From contig CADCMR010000012.1 in assembly GCA_902802585.1 (NCBI GenBank), positions 229-64,228 on the forward strand: a stretch of 64,000 nucleotides of DNA, in the 5' to 3' direction. Positions 41,784-51,149 of the stretch are shown one piece after another. Position numbers and translations under genes: made by a program. Position 1 is the first letter of the stretch. Each line of letters begins with the position of its first letter. The notes under the pieces were generated by a model that saw only the letters and a list, made by a program, of their open reading frames with translations, had not been told where the DNA came from and searched no databases. The stretch comes from an uncultured bacterium (GTDB lineage Bacteria > Verrucomicrobiota > Lentisphaeria > Victivallales > UBA1829).

Positions 41784-43784
41784 ATGGACTACAGCATTTT
41801 ATTCGAACCGGTCAAAATCGGCAATCTCGAACTGAAAAACCGTTTTATGATGGCTCCCGTCGGTCCTCTGGGACTTGGCGATGCAGATGGGGCATTCAAC
41901 CAGCGGGGCATTGATTATTATGTGGAACGGGCGAAAGGCGGAACCGGTCTGATCTGCACAGGTGTCACTTTTGCCGATTTCACAGTGGAGGAGCATTCCT
42001 GCCCGGGCGTGCCCGTCCCGACGCGGAATCCGCACCAGTTCATCCGTACCGGCAAGGAAATGACGGAACGGATTCACGCGTACGGATCCAAAGTCCTGCT
42101 CCAGCTTTCCGGCGGGTTCGGACGCGTCTCGATTCCCGAAGACCAGGGCGCGGACAACCCCGTCGCCCCCTCCGAGATCCCGCACCGCTGGCTCAATAAA
42201 ACCTGCCGCGCGATCACGGTGGACGAGATCCATCATATCGTTGCCATGTTCGGCAAGGCGGCGGCGATCGCGAAACGCGCCGGATTTGACGGCATCATGA
42301 TCCATGCCGTTCATGAAGGCTACCTGATCGACCAGTTCGCCATCGCCATGTTCAACCATCGCACGGACGAATACGGCGGACCGCTGGAAAACAGGCTCCG
42401 TTTCGCCAGGGAGATCCGCGAGGAGATCGCGAAGACCTGCGGTCCCGATTTTCCGGTGGTGATGCGCCTGTCCACCAAGAGCTTCATCAAGGATTGGCGC
42501 AAAGGCGCGCTCCCCGGAGAAGAGTTTGAAGAGATGGGGCGCGATGAAGCCGAAGGCCTCGAAGTCGCAAAAATGCTGGAACAGTACGGCTACGATGCGT
42601 TCGACGTGGATGTCGGGTCCTACGACAGCTGGTACTGGTCGCATCCGCCCATGTACCAGAAAGACGGTCTCTACCTGAAGTACGCTAAAGCGGTGAAGGA
42701 AGCGGTGAAAGTCCCGGTGATCTGCGCCGGCAAGCTCTCGAATCCCGACCTCTCCTCGCAGGCTGTGAAGGACGGCTGGATTGATATTGTGTCCCTCGGG
42801 CGTCCTCTGCTTGCCGATGCCGATTACGCGAACAAGCTGCGTAGCGGCAGGAAAGCGGACATCCGCCCCTGCATCAGCTGTCAGGAAGGCTGCATGGGGC
42901 GAATCCAGAATTATTCGCTGGTCAACTGCGCCGTGAATCCGCAGTGCGCCAGGGAGCGCGCTTTCGCATACAATCCGATCCTGCGCCCGAAGAAAGTGGT
43001 CATTGTCGGCGGCGGCGTCGCCGGCATGGAAGCCGCAAGGGTGCTTGCGATCCGCGGTCACAAGCCCGTGGTTTTCGAAAAGGAAACCATCCTCGGCGGT
43101 GCGTGCGTCCCCGCCGGCGTGCCCGATTTCAAGGCGGAAGACAGAGCGTTGATCCGGTGGTATGTCCACACCATGGAGGAGCTCCGGGTCGAAATCCATC
43201 TCGGCGCCGCCGTGACGGAAGAAATGCTCCGCGGCATGGCGTTTGATGCCCTTATCATCGCGACCGGAGCCACGCCCCGCGTGTTCGACCTTGGCAAAGG
43301 CATCCCCGTGTACGATGCGAAAACTGTGCTGAAACATAATGCGGCGGGACTTGGCGAGAACCTGGTCGTGCTTGGCGGCGGCACGGTCGGCTGCGAGCTC
43401 GCCCTGTGGCTTCGTGAATCCTTCGGCAAAAACGTTACGATTGTGGAGGCGCAGCGAGACATTCTTCTGCTCAATGCTCCGATTTGCACCGCCAATAAGG
43501 ATATGCTGGCCGCCCTGGTCCGGTTCAAAGGATGCGCGATCCGTGCCAATACCATCGCGAAACAGGTGACGGATACCGGCGTCATCCTGCATGATCAGCA
43601 GAATGACAGGGACTCTGAACTGAATGCGGACGCGGTCATTGTCGCCGCCGGATTCCGCAGCGATGCCTCGCTGTATCACGCCATGCGTGAAGTCCCGGAA
43701 CTCTATGCCATCGGCGATTGCAGGGAATGCCGGAACATTCATCAGGCGATCTGGGACGCCTACGAAGTGGCGAACCATATCTGA
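41784..43784 (+). CDS. Old Yellow Enzyme-family FMN oxidoreductase fused to an FAD/NAD(P)-binding domain (2-enoate / 2,4-dienoyl-CoA reductase type)
   Basis: The TIM-barrel OYE motifs are RFMMAPVG and HAVHEGYLIDQF. The Fe-S motif is CISCQEGCMGR...CAVNPQC. Rossmann motifs are VVIVGGGVAGMEAA and VVLGGGTVGCELA. Confidence 0.88.
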   Translation: MDYSILFEPVKIGNLELKNRFMMAPVGPLGLGDADGAFNQRGIDYYVERAKGGTGLICTGVTFADFTVEEHSCPGVPVPTRNPHQFIRTGKEMTERIHAYGSKVLLQLSGGFGRVSIPEDQGADNPVAPSEIPHRWLNKTCRAITVDEIHHIVAMFGKAAAIAKRAGFDGIMIHAVHEGYLIDQFAIAMFNHRTDEYGGPLENRLRFAREIREEIAKTCGPDFPVVMRLSTKSFIKDWRKGALPGEEFEEMGRDEAEGLEVAKMLEQYGYDAFDVDVGSYDSWYWSHPPMYQKDGLYLKYAKAVKEAVKVPVICAGKLSNPDLSSQAVKDGWIDIVSLGRPLLADADYANKLRSGRKADIRPCISCQEGCMGRIQNYSLVNCAVNPQCARERAFAYNPILRPKKVVIVGGGVAGMEAARVLAIRGHKPVVFEKETILGGACVPAGVPDFKAEDRALIRWYVHTMEELRVEIHLGAAVTEEMLRGMAFDALIIATGATPRVFDLGKGIPVYDAKTVLKHNAAGLGENLVVLGGGTVGCELALWLRESFGKNVTIVEAQRDILLLNAPICTANKDMLAALVRFKGCAIRANTIAKQVTDTGVILHDQQNDRDSELNADAVIVAAGFRSDASLYHAMREVPELYAIGDCRECRNIHQAIWDAYEVANHI

Positions 43785-43930
43785 CGCAACCGGGAGGGGG
43801 AAACGTCGGACATGGGAAGATGCTATCATCAGACATCGGAACAGGCTTTTTTCAAGCCCTGCTTCCTAAATTGTGCGCAATTATCTGCACGTTACCTTCG
43901 CGTCACCGGAGCATAGGTTCCGATGACGCG

Positions 43931-44004
43931 TTCACATACCCTTCCTTTGCTGGGGAAGGTCTGCGGATTCACATACCCTTCCTTTGCTGGGGAAACTTTG
44001 CGGA
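43931..44004. repeat. Tandem direct repeat, 2 x 37 bp
   Basis: TTCACATACCCTTCCTTTGCTGGGGAAGGTCTGCGGA followed by TTCACATACCCTTCCTTTGCTGGGGAAACTTTGCGGA. Each unit contains a CCTTCC...GGAAGG-type hairpin. The repeat abuts the exbD stop codon. Confidence 0.85.
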
Positions 44005-44427
44005 TTAGCGGGTGTTGTACTGTTCGTCGTAGGTGCGGACGGCGACGTTGTGGAGGCCGCGGAAGGAGCAGAGGTCGAGGATTTCGACGACGCGGCTGAA
44101 GGCGACCGCCTTGTCGCAGTCCACGCGGATACGGCGGTCCTGCGATTCCTCGGAGAGTTCCAGCAGGATCTGGTGCAGCTCGGAGATCGTGACCGGACGA
44201 CCGTTGTAGAACAGCATTTTCTCCTTGTTGACGCCGATGACCATGGTGTCGTTGTCGGGCGGCACGTCGAGGGAGGACGTGGAGACGGGCAGGTCGACGT
44301 CGATGTCGCGGTTTTCCTTCTTGGCGACCGTGGTGATGAGGAAGAAGATTAGGAGGAGGAAGACGCAGTCGATCAGCGAAGACATGCCGATCTCGAGCTT
44401 ATCCTCCGAAGAACGTCTGATGCGCAT
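44005..44427 (-). CDS. exbD: ExbD/TolR family biopolymer transport protein
   Basis: The N-terminal MSSLIDCVFLLLIFFLITT TM segment and overall size (140 aa) are typical of ExbD/TolR. Confidence 0.88.
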   Translation of the reverse strand: MRIRRSSEDKLEIGMSSLIDCVFLLLIFFLITTVAKKENRDIDVDLPVSTSSLDVPPDNDTMVIGVNKEKMLFYNGRPVTISELHQILLELSEESQDRRIRVDCDKAVAFSRVVEILDLCSFRGLHNVAVRTYDEQYNTR

Positions 44428-44451
44428 GTGCGGCGGTCCCGTGGTTCTGCG

Positions 44452-45198
44452 TTACTTCTTCTGCGCGTCGACCGCGGCGAACATTGCCTCGAGGTTTTCC
44501 TCGATAGCGAGTTCGGCGATGGAGAGTTTCTGCTTCAGGTAATGGTACGCGCCGAGGGCGGGGATAGCAAGCACGAGGCCCATGTCGGTGGTGATGAGCG
44601 CCTTGCTGATGGAGTCGGCGAGGAGCGCGGCGTCGCCGGTGTCGCCGAGGATGGCGACCTTGGAGAACGCCTCGATCATGCCGATCACGGTGCCGAGCAG
44701 TCCGAGCATCGGCGCCATGGTGGCGATGATTGCCAGCGGATAGCTGCGCTGTCTGTGGCGTTCGATGGCGCGCGCGGCGGCGTCCGCGACGGCGGTCTGG
44801 AGGCGCGCGGTGTCCATGTCGAAGTGGTCCACGATGTAGGCTCCGGCGTCGGCGAGGATGCTGGGCTTTGCCTCGGCTTCCTTTCGGATCGCGGCGTCGT
44901 CGCACTTGGCGATGGCGTCGGCGAAGAAATCGGCATAGTAGGCGGGCGCGAGGTATTTTTTGCGCATTCGGATGAGGCGTTCGACGAGGAATCCGATGGC
45001 GGCGGCGCTGAGGAGCAGGAGCACGACAGAGGTCATGCCGCCGTTGATGATCTCCTGGATCCAGTCGATCGTCAGCTCTTCGGCGGGCGCGTCGGCGGCG
45101 TCCGCGGCAGTTTCGGCGGCGTTCTGGGCGGCAAGGAATCCGGGGAGGCAGAAGAGCGCCACGGCGGAGAGGATCGAAGCACGGATGGGAAGTTTCAT
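44452..45198 (-). CDS. exbB: MotA/TolQ/ExbB proton channel family protein with an N-terminal signal-like segment
   Basis: Starts MKLPIRASILSAVALFCLPGFLAAQ, followed by 3 TM helices. The conserved C-terminal region is LGLLGTVIGMIEAF...ALITTDMGLVLAIPA. The ATG at 45198 is preferred over the track start at 45243. Confidence 0.88.
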   Translation of the reverse strand: MKLPIRASILSAVALFCLPGFLAAQNAAETAADAADAPAEELTIDWIQEIINGGMTSVVLLLLSAAAIGFLVERLIRMRKKYLAPAYYADFFADAIAKCDDAAIRKEAEAKPSILADAGAYIVDHFDMDTARLQTAVADAAARAIERHRQRSYPLAIIATMAPMLGLLGTVIGMIEAFSKVAILGDTGDAALLADSISKALITTDMGLVLAIPALGAYHYLKQKLSIAELAIEENLEAMFAAVDAQKK

Positions 45199-45246
45199 GG
45201 AGAACCTTTCGTAGTGTTTTATGTTATTCATAATTTGTGACAATCA

Positions 45247-48099
45247 TCAGGGGAGCCTGGGGCGGGTGCGCGCCGGGGAGGCGGTGCTCGGGGCGGTCGT
45301 CGAGCCGGGGTGAGCGGTCTGCGTCTGCTGCGCGTTGCGGCGCTGTTCGGCGGCGCGTTTCGCGGCATCGGCGGCGGCCTTGGTCTCTTCTCGGACCATT
45401 ACAAAGGAGAACTGGCATTCGTCGGGCCCGTTTTCGACGCAGAAGAGGATGGTGTTCCAGCCCTTGTGGAAATGGACGTGGATGATGTTTTCGGTGAGGC
45501 CCCAGGTGCTCAGTTCGTCGTCGAACCAGACCTGTTCGCCGTTGATCCAGAGCGCGCTGGCGTCGTCCGTGCCGACCATGGCGAGGACGTCGGCATCGTC
45601 CTCGAAGAAGACATCGGTGTAGGCGTAGTAGTAGGCGTTGTCCATCTTGTCAGGCGGGCGCACGCAGACTGTATCGGTCTGGACATAGCGCCAGCGGAGG
45701 CGGATGGGCTTGTGGGTGAGCGGGTCGATCTTGCCGTCGTACTCGGCGTCAAGGTCGATCCTGGTCTCGGGCTCCTGCTTCACGCGTTCGGCGAGGAGCT
45801 TGCCGTTGGATTCCCACGGACCGATCACGTACCAGGAGTCGATGAAGACGAAGCCCTGGCGCGCGGCATTTTTGCTGACGCGGCGTCCGGGGACGGATTC
45901 CGCGATAATGGCGTAATTTGCGGGTTCAGCGGCGATGCGTTTGCTGTCCGAACTGCCGACCTTTCCGTAGGCGTAGCCAGCAAATTCGAAGTCGAAGTCG
46001 CCGCGGAAGGCGATGCCGCCTCCGCCGTAGGAGATGCCGGAATTTCCGATGCTGGAGCCGTTGCCGTTGCCCTGTCCCTGACCTTGCCCCTGACCTTGTC
46101 CCTGTCCTTGCCCCTGACCTTGCTGACCGGCGCGTTCCACGCCCTCGCGCCCCATCCGGCCGAGCTGGCGCATCATGTCGGCGAGGCTGCCCCCCTGTCC
46201 CTGCCGGCCGCCCTGCATGCCGCCCTGCTGGTTGCGCATGGCGCGCTGCTGCATGGCGGAGAAGAGGCGTTCGGCGGAGAGCGGGAGGTTGATGCCTGCC
46301 ATGCGCGCGAGGCTGTTCGCGCGTGAGGAAAGCGAATCGGCGGCGTCCTGCAACGCAGTCATCTGTTCGAGCGCGCGGAGGAGCTGTTCCTTGGTCATGA
46401 ACTGACCTCCGCCGCCTTGTCCGCCGCCCTGCATGCCGCCCTGTTCGCCGTTCTGCCCCATCTGCCCGCCCTGCTGGGAGGCGCTCTGCGAGGAATTGTT
46501 CTGCGGATCGTTTTTGAGCGCATTGAGGAGTTTGCGGAGATATTGTTCCGCCTCGAACGTGGTAAATTCATCGCGGTAACGGCCTTCCAATGCCTTGTCG
46601 AGGAAGCTTTCCGCGTCGGCGTCCATTGCCTTTGCGGCCTCCTGGATGTCGGCGAATTCCGGATCAATGTTGTAAATCCACTCGGACAGCTTCAGGTTAA
46701 TCTCGTTGCGGTGGTTCAGCGCCGCCATGTAGGCGGTATTCGCGAGGTCGGGGAGTTTGCGCTGGACGGTGGTGTTCGTATCCTTGAGCTGCCGGTCGAA
46801 TCCCTGCATGTCGCGGGATGCGGTCTGAAGGAACGAGAGGTCCTGCCGGGCGGTGTCGGCGTCGTTTTCCCCGACTGCCTTTATGATGGCCTCGTAGGCG
46901 CGCTGCGCCTGCTCCATCGTGTGCTTAGCGTTCTCGTCGACCTCGTTCACCAAGTAGATTTCGAAGGACGGCACGTCGTAACCGTAGTCGTAATCGTCGT
47001 CATCGACGATTGCCAGGCCGACGCGGCCGGGCCTGCGGAGCGTGGAGCTCCGGCGCGGACGGTTCTTGCGTTCCTCCTCCGCCTTTTTGATGCGTTCGCG
47101 GCTTTCCTCCGCGGTCTTCTTCGCCTGCTCGTAGGCTTCCTGCGTGAGGCGGAAGACCTCTTCTGCGGCATCCAGAATCTTCTGCGGATCCTCGGCGGCG
47201 CCGTCCCCCTGCGCCAGGTCGCGTGAGAAATGCTCCATGGACGTCTGGTCCATGTTTCGGTTCAGTGAGTCCATGGACCGGATGGCGTTCTGGTAGGCGT
47301 TCAGCTCTGCGTACTTCGTGTCGAGCTGTTCCTCCTTCGCCGCCATGAAGTCCTTCAGCTGCTGGAGCGTGGCGTCGACGGGCGGCATTTCGGGCGGAGT
47401 GTTCATGATGCCGATGTCGTACACGCCGGACACGTCGCCGCTGAGGATGGAGTCGATCATGCGTTCGAGTTCGAGCGACTGCCATTCGGCTGTGGCGGGA
47501 TCGACGCCGTAGTCGAGGAAACTGGACGGGTTCGCGCGGAATTTTTCGCTGTTCGCCTTCATTGCCGCCAGCTGTCCGGTGAAGACAGGGACCTTGTCGT
47601 CGCCCGGCTGCATTTTCAGCTGCTGGCGGATATCGTCGGCGATGCGGGCGTTCTCCTGGAACGGCACGACGTAATCGAATTCGTGGGAGAGGTTTTCGGC
47701 GATGTCGAAGAGACGCTCGTACGCCTCCTCCACCGGGTCGCGCAGTTCGGCGTAGATTTCTTTCAGCTCCTCCTTGCGCTCCTCCATTTTCTCAAGCGTC
47801 TTCTCGACCTCTTCGAGCTTCTTGCGGATTTCCTTTTCCTTGCGCTTCTGGACGCGGTCGCGGATCTTTTTGAGCTCGGCGGGCGGGGCTTCCTTCTTGA
47901 CCTTCTCCGGATCGTTCTTGTGGGCTTCGCGTTTCGCCTCGTTTTCCTGCTTCTGCTTCATCGCCTCCTCCAGCGAATAGCGGCTGTAGCGGATGAAATC
48001 AAGCTGCCAGGCCGCGACGATTGCGCCGACATAGCAGAGGATCGTGACGCCCCAGATGATTGCCGTGGTACGGCCGGACTGCATTTTCAGTTTGCTCAT
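45247..48099 (-). CDS. 950-aa membrane-anchored coiled-coil protein with a Gly/Gln-rich low-complexity region and a C-terminal beta-sandwich-like domain (TolA/TonB-position protein)
   Basis: One N-terminal TM helix (TTAIIWGVTILCYVGAIVAAW), K/E-rich helical segments, (GQ)n/GN repeats, and a C-terminal ~200 aa rich in beta-type motifs (WYVIGPW..., LWINGEQVW...). Intergenic gaps within the ExbB/ExbD cluster are 15-50 nt. Confidence 0.8.
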   Translation of the reverse strand: MSKLKMQSGRTTAIIWGVTILCYVGAIVAAWQLDFIRYSRYSLEEAMKQKQENEAKREAHKNDPEKVKKEAPPAELKKIRDRVQKRKEKEIRKKLEEVEKTLEKMEERKEELKEIYAELRDPVEEAYERLFDIAENLSHEFDYVVPFQENARIADDIRQQLKMQPGDDKVPVFTGQLAAMKANSEKFRANPSSFLDYGVDPATAEWQSLELERMIDSILSGDVSGVYDIGIMNTPPEMPPVDATLQQLKDFMAAKEEQLDTKYAELNAYQNAIRSMDSLNRNMDQTSMEHFSRDLAQGDGAAEDPQKILDAAEEVFRLTQEAYEQAKKTAEESRERIKKAEEERKNRPRRSSTLRRPGRVGLAIVDDDDYDYGYDVPSFEIYLVNEVDENAKHTMEQAQRAYEAIIKAVGENDADTARQDLSFLQTASRDMQGFDRQLKDTNTTVQRKLPDLANTAYMAALNHRNEINLKLSEWIYNIDPEFADIQEAAKAMDADAESFLDKALEGRYRDEFTTFEAEQYLRKLLNALKNDPQNNSSQSASQQGGQMGQNGEQGGMQGGGQGGGGQFMTKEQLLRALEQMTALQDAADSLSSRANSLARMAGINLPLSAERLFSAMQQRAMRNQQGGMQGGRQGQGGSLADMMRQLGRMGREGVERAGQQGQGQGQGQGQGQGQGQGNGNGSSIGNSGISYGGGGIAFRGDFDFEFAGYAYGKVGSSDSKRIAAEPANYAIIAESVPGRRVSKNAARQGFVFIDSWYVIGPWESNGKLLAERVKQEPETRIDLDAEYDGKIDPLTHKPIRLRWRYVQTDTVCVRPPDKMDNAYYYAYTDVFFEDDADVLAMVGTDDASALWINGEQVWFDDELSTWGLTENIIHVHFHKGWNTILFCVENGPDECQFSFVMVREETKAAADAAKRAAEQRRNAQQTQTAHPGSTTAPSTASPARTRPRLP

Positions 48100-48114
48100 G
48101 GCGGTGCCTCGTGG

Positions 48115-48594
48115 TTAATCCGAAGTGCCGGGGACGTAGAACCGGGATTCGCGGTAGTCGCGCATACGGACGTCGACCTTGTTCAGGTGGTTGATCTGGA
48201 GCTTGTCGAGCATGTCGATGACGGTCTGGAACTCGACGTCGGGATCGGCGTACAGGCGCACGTTGATCTCCTCGCCCGCGCCCTGCGTCATGCGCCCCAG
48301 GTTCTCCACGAACTTGTCGACGTCGCCGACGGTCCGGAAATCCGGGCGTCCGTCCTGCAGGCGGCGTTCCGCCGAATAATAGCGACCGTCCTTGCCGATC
48401 GCGAGGATCACGCGGCGGGCGTCCATGCGTTCGGAGATGGTCACGGCGGGATCCGGGACTTCGATCGGGATCTGTTTTTCGAGCTTCTTCATCATGGTGG
48501 TGATGAGGAAGAAGATGAGGAGGAGGAAGACGCAGTCGATAAGGGGCGACATTTCGAGCGTGACGTCGTCATCGTCTTTTTTTCGGATTCTCAT
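48115..48594 (-). CDS. exbD: ExbD/TolR family biopolymer transport protein (second copy)
   Basis: MSPLIDCVFLLLIFFLITTMM TM segment; a paralogue of the 44005-44427 product. Confidence 0.88.
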   Translation of the reverse strand: MRIRKKDDDDVTLEMSPLIDCVFLLLIFFLITTMMKKLEKQIPIEVPDPAVTISERMDARRVILAIGKDGRYYSAERRLQDGRPDFRTVGDVDKFVENLGRMTQGAGEEINVRLYADPDVEFQTVIDMLDKLQINHLNKVDVRMRDYRESRFYVPGTSD

Positions 48595-48855
48595 GTTCGG
48601 TCAAATCGGTTTTCGGTCAATTCTGAAACGGTGGTGAATAAGAATTAGACGGGCGAGACATGCGTTTTCTTAGCGCCTTTTTCACTTTTTTTCCGAATTC
48701 TTTCGGATTCTTCCCCGGGCGAAGCCTTTTTTCCAGGCGGACCGCCGGATGATAATGAAAAGAGCGGGAGCTTGAAGCGGCTTCCGCTCTGAAAACTTGC
48801 TGAAGCGACCGGGGAGCTGTTTTCCGCGAACTCCCCGGGATGCCGTTGTACCGGA

Positions 48856-49950
48856 TTATTCCGCGTCGGTTTTTTCTTCACCTTCCGCAGACTCAACGGG
48901 TTCGATGGATTCGAGCGCCTGCCACTCGCGCTGCTTCGCCTGCGCTTCGGCGTTCGGGAACGGGGAGATCAAACCGTCGCCGGGCTTGGATCCTTTCGGG
49001 CGGGGACCGCCATTGAAGCCGAAGCCCTTTTCATACTGTCCGGCGGTGACCGGACCGACGGGCTGAATGCCGAGTTTGATCTTGGACTGCTTGCCGCGGA
49101 CCTGGGAGAAGAGCCAGTCCCAGGTTTCCTTGTTGGAATACGCCCTGTCCCAGCAGTTGTGACCGACGCCGAAATACTCGCGCAGGAAGACGTTCGTGTT
49201 GCCGGCTGCCCTCATGGTGATGAACATCCAGCGGGCGAGCTGGGGCGGGACGGTCGTATCGTCGCTGCCATGGAAGATCAGGACCGGCAGGTCTTTCATC
49301 TTTTTGGCGCGGTTCGGGTCGCTGCCGCCGCAGCAGGGGATGCCGGCGGCGAAGATGTCGGTGCTGTAGCGCGCGAGGAGGTCCCAGCAGCCGTAGCCGC
49401 CCATGGAGAGACCGGTCACATAGACGCGGTCCTTGTCGGCGTCAAATTCCTTGATCTTCTTTTCGATTAGGACGGGGATCATGCCGAGCGCCTGGTAGGG
49501 TTCCTCCATGAGGTCGCCCATGGCGCCGCCGCGGTGGAGCGGAGCCCAGACCTGGTCGCTTGGACATTCCGGGGCCAGCACGACGACTTTGCGCTTGTCT
49601 TCGCGCATCTGCTTTACGATCTCAGGCAGCCCGAGGCGGAGCTGCGCGAGGTTCTCCTCGCCACGTTCGCCCAGACCGTGCAGAAAGACGAGGACCGCGA
49701 ACTTGCCGGGCTCGTCCTCGTTGTACACGCCCTGGCAGTAGCGCAGTTCGCCGTTGCAGTTCGTCAGGACTTCCTGCTTCATTTCCAGGTCGTTCAGCGT
49801 GCGGATTTCGTTGGCGAACCTCTGCTGGATCTGTTCGGACGGTTCCTCCATCGGGGAGATGACGGCGGTTTCCAGGGCGGGATCGGAGGAACATGCGGCT
49901 CCGATGGCGGCGAGAGCGGCGCATCCGAGCACGAGCAATTGTTTTTTCAT
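48856..49950 (-). CDS. Alpha/beta-hydrolase esterase (phospholipase/carboxylesterase or PHB-depolymerase-like), probable lipoprotein
   Basis: Lipobox-like MKKQLLVLGCAALAAIGAAC, oxyanion region VLVFLHGLGERG, nucleophile elbow GLSMGG, and later IFHGSDDTTV and VGHNCW. The ATG at 49950 is preferred. Confidence 0.8.
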   Translation of the reverse strand: MKKQLLVLGCAALAAIGAACSSDPALETAVISPMEEPSEQIQQRFANEIRTLNDLEMKQEVLTNCNGELRYCQGVYNEDEPGKFAVLVFLHGLGERGEENLAQLRLGLPEIVKQMREDKRKVVVLAPECPSDQVWAPLHRGGAMGDLMEEPYQALGMIPVLIEKKIKEFDADKDRVYVTGLSMGGYGCWDLLARYSTDIFAAGIPCCGGSDPNRAKKMKDLPVLIFHGSDDTTVPPQLARWMFITMRAAGNTNVFLREYFGVGHNCWDRAYSNKETWDWLFSQVRGKQSKIKLGIQPVGPVTAGQYEKGFGFNGGPRPKGSKPGDGLISPFPNAEAQAKQREWQALESIEPVESAEGEEKTDAE

Positions 49951-50189
49951 GGCTGTGAAGTCCTTTCGTATTTTGGTATCTTTTCTCAATTAAATATACA
50001 GCGCATTCCGTGAAAATCAATTCTTCCGCGTCTTTTTTCCCGTTTTTTCTCATTTTTCCGCGTTTGCCGTGTCTTTCCGCGCATCCGGCATTTGAAAAGC
50101 CGTTTTTTTATGCTATTGTAGCAAAGGTTTTTTTGTTTTCGCTTTGTCCCCCAGTTGTTCATCCGTCCCCGACAGGAGCCGTTTCCGAA

Positions 50190-51125
50190 ATGAATCTGTA
50201 CCAGCGCATCAAACGCAGCATTTTCGAGGTAATCCAGCCATCCGCCGAAGCGACCGGCCGCCGGCGCGTCGTCAGCAGCATCTTCGACAGCCTGATCATG
50301 ATGCTGATCGTGTTCAGCATCCTTTCCGTCTTCGTCTGCACGTTCAATATCCCGGACTGGCTCTTTGGCATCCTGGTTCACATCGAGGTCGTCTCCCTCG
50401 TCGTCTTCACCGTCGAGTACGCGCTGCGCATCTGGACGGCGAACCTGCTGTATCCGGAACTCGACCCCGTCCGCGCCCGCATCCGGTACGTCACATCGCC
50501 CATGGCGATCATTGATCTCATTTCCATCCTGCCGTTCATCCTGCCCATTATCCATTCCTACAACCTCGTCGGTGTCCGGGTGTTCCGACTGGTTCGCCTG
50601 CTCCGCATCTTCAAGCTCAACCGCTATTCGGACGCCCTCGCAGCCATCGGCGAAGTCTTCCGGAAGAAATCCCAGCAGATGGTCGCCGCAGTCTTCTTTG
50701 TTTTCATGATCCTCATCCTCGCCTCGCTGCTCATCTACTACGCCGAACACGACGCCCAGCCGGACCAGTTCAGGAACGCGTTTTCCGGGCTATGGTGGGC
50801 GGTCGCCACGCTGACTACGGTGGGATACGGCGACCTCTATCCGATCACGCCGCTCGGACGTTTCCTCGGCGCGATCATCGCCCTCCTCGGCATCGGCATG
50901 GTGGCTGTCCCGACCAGCATCCTCAGCGCGGGATTCATGGAATTGCTGGAAAAACAGACCACGGAGACCGGCGAAGAATCCGCCGGGAAAGACGGTAAAA
51001 CGGACGAAGGAAAGACCTCGGACGAAACGAAGTCAGACGCGCCGGAAAAGAACTGTCCGCACAAGGACGATGCGTTCGAGCCGCCGCAATACTGCCCGCA
51101 TTGCGGCAAAAAGCTTTTCCCGTAA
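50190..51125 (+). CDS. Voltage-gated-type (6TM) potassium channel
   Basis: The S4-like segment is RVFRLVRLLRIFKLNRY and the selectivity filter is TLTTVGYGD. The C-terminal tail ends in CPHCGKK. The ATG at 50190 (MNLYQRIK...) is preferred over the track start. Confidence 0.85.
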   Translation: MNLYQRIKRSIFEVIQPSAEATGRRRVVSSIFDSLIMMLIVFSILSVFVCTFNIPDWLFGILVHIEVVSLVVFTVEYALRIWTANLLYPELDPVRARIRYVTSPMAIIDLISILPFILPIIHSYNLVGVRVFRLVRLLRIFKLNRYSDALAAIGEVFRKKSQQMVAAVFFVFMILILASLLIYYAEHDAQPDQFRNAFSGLWWAVATLTTVGYGDLYPITPLGRFLGAIIALLGIGMVAVPTSILSAGFMELLEKQTTETGEESAGKDGKTDEGKTSDETKSDAPEKNCPHKDDAFEPPQYCPHCGKKLFP

Positions 51126-51149
51126 CCCGCCTTGTTCCCGCCTCGAATC

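Noticed and set aside
41799-43829. 676-aa minus-strand ORF overlapping the OYE-family oxidoreductase gene.
   Set aside because: The plus-strand product has FMN, Fe-S and Rossmann motifs. The antisense product has none.
45310-48648. Plus-strand ORFs 45310..46326, 46417..47226 and 47683..48648, antisense to the 950-aa gene and exbD.
   Set aside because: These are shadow ORFs. The minus-strand genes have SDs, TM anchors, family motifs and operon spacing.
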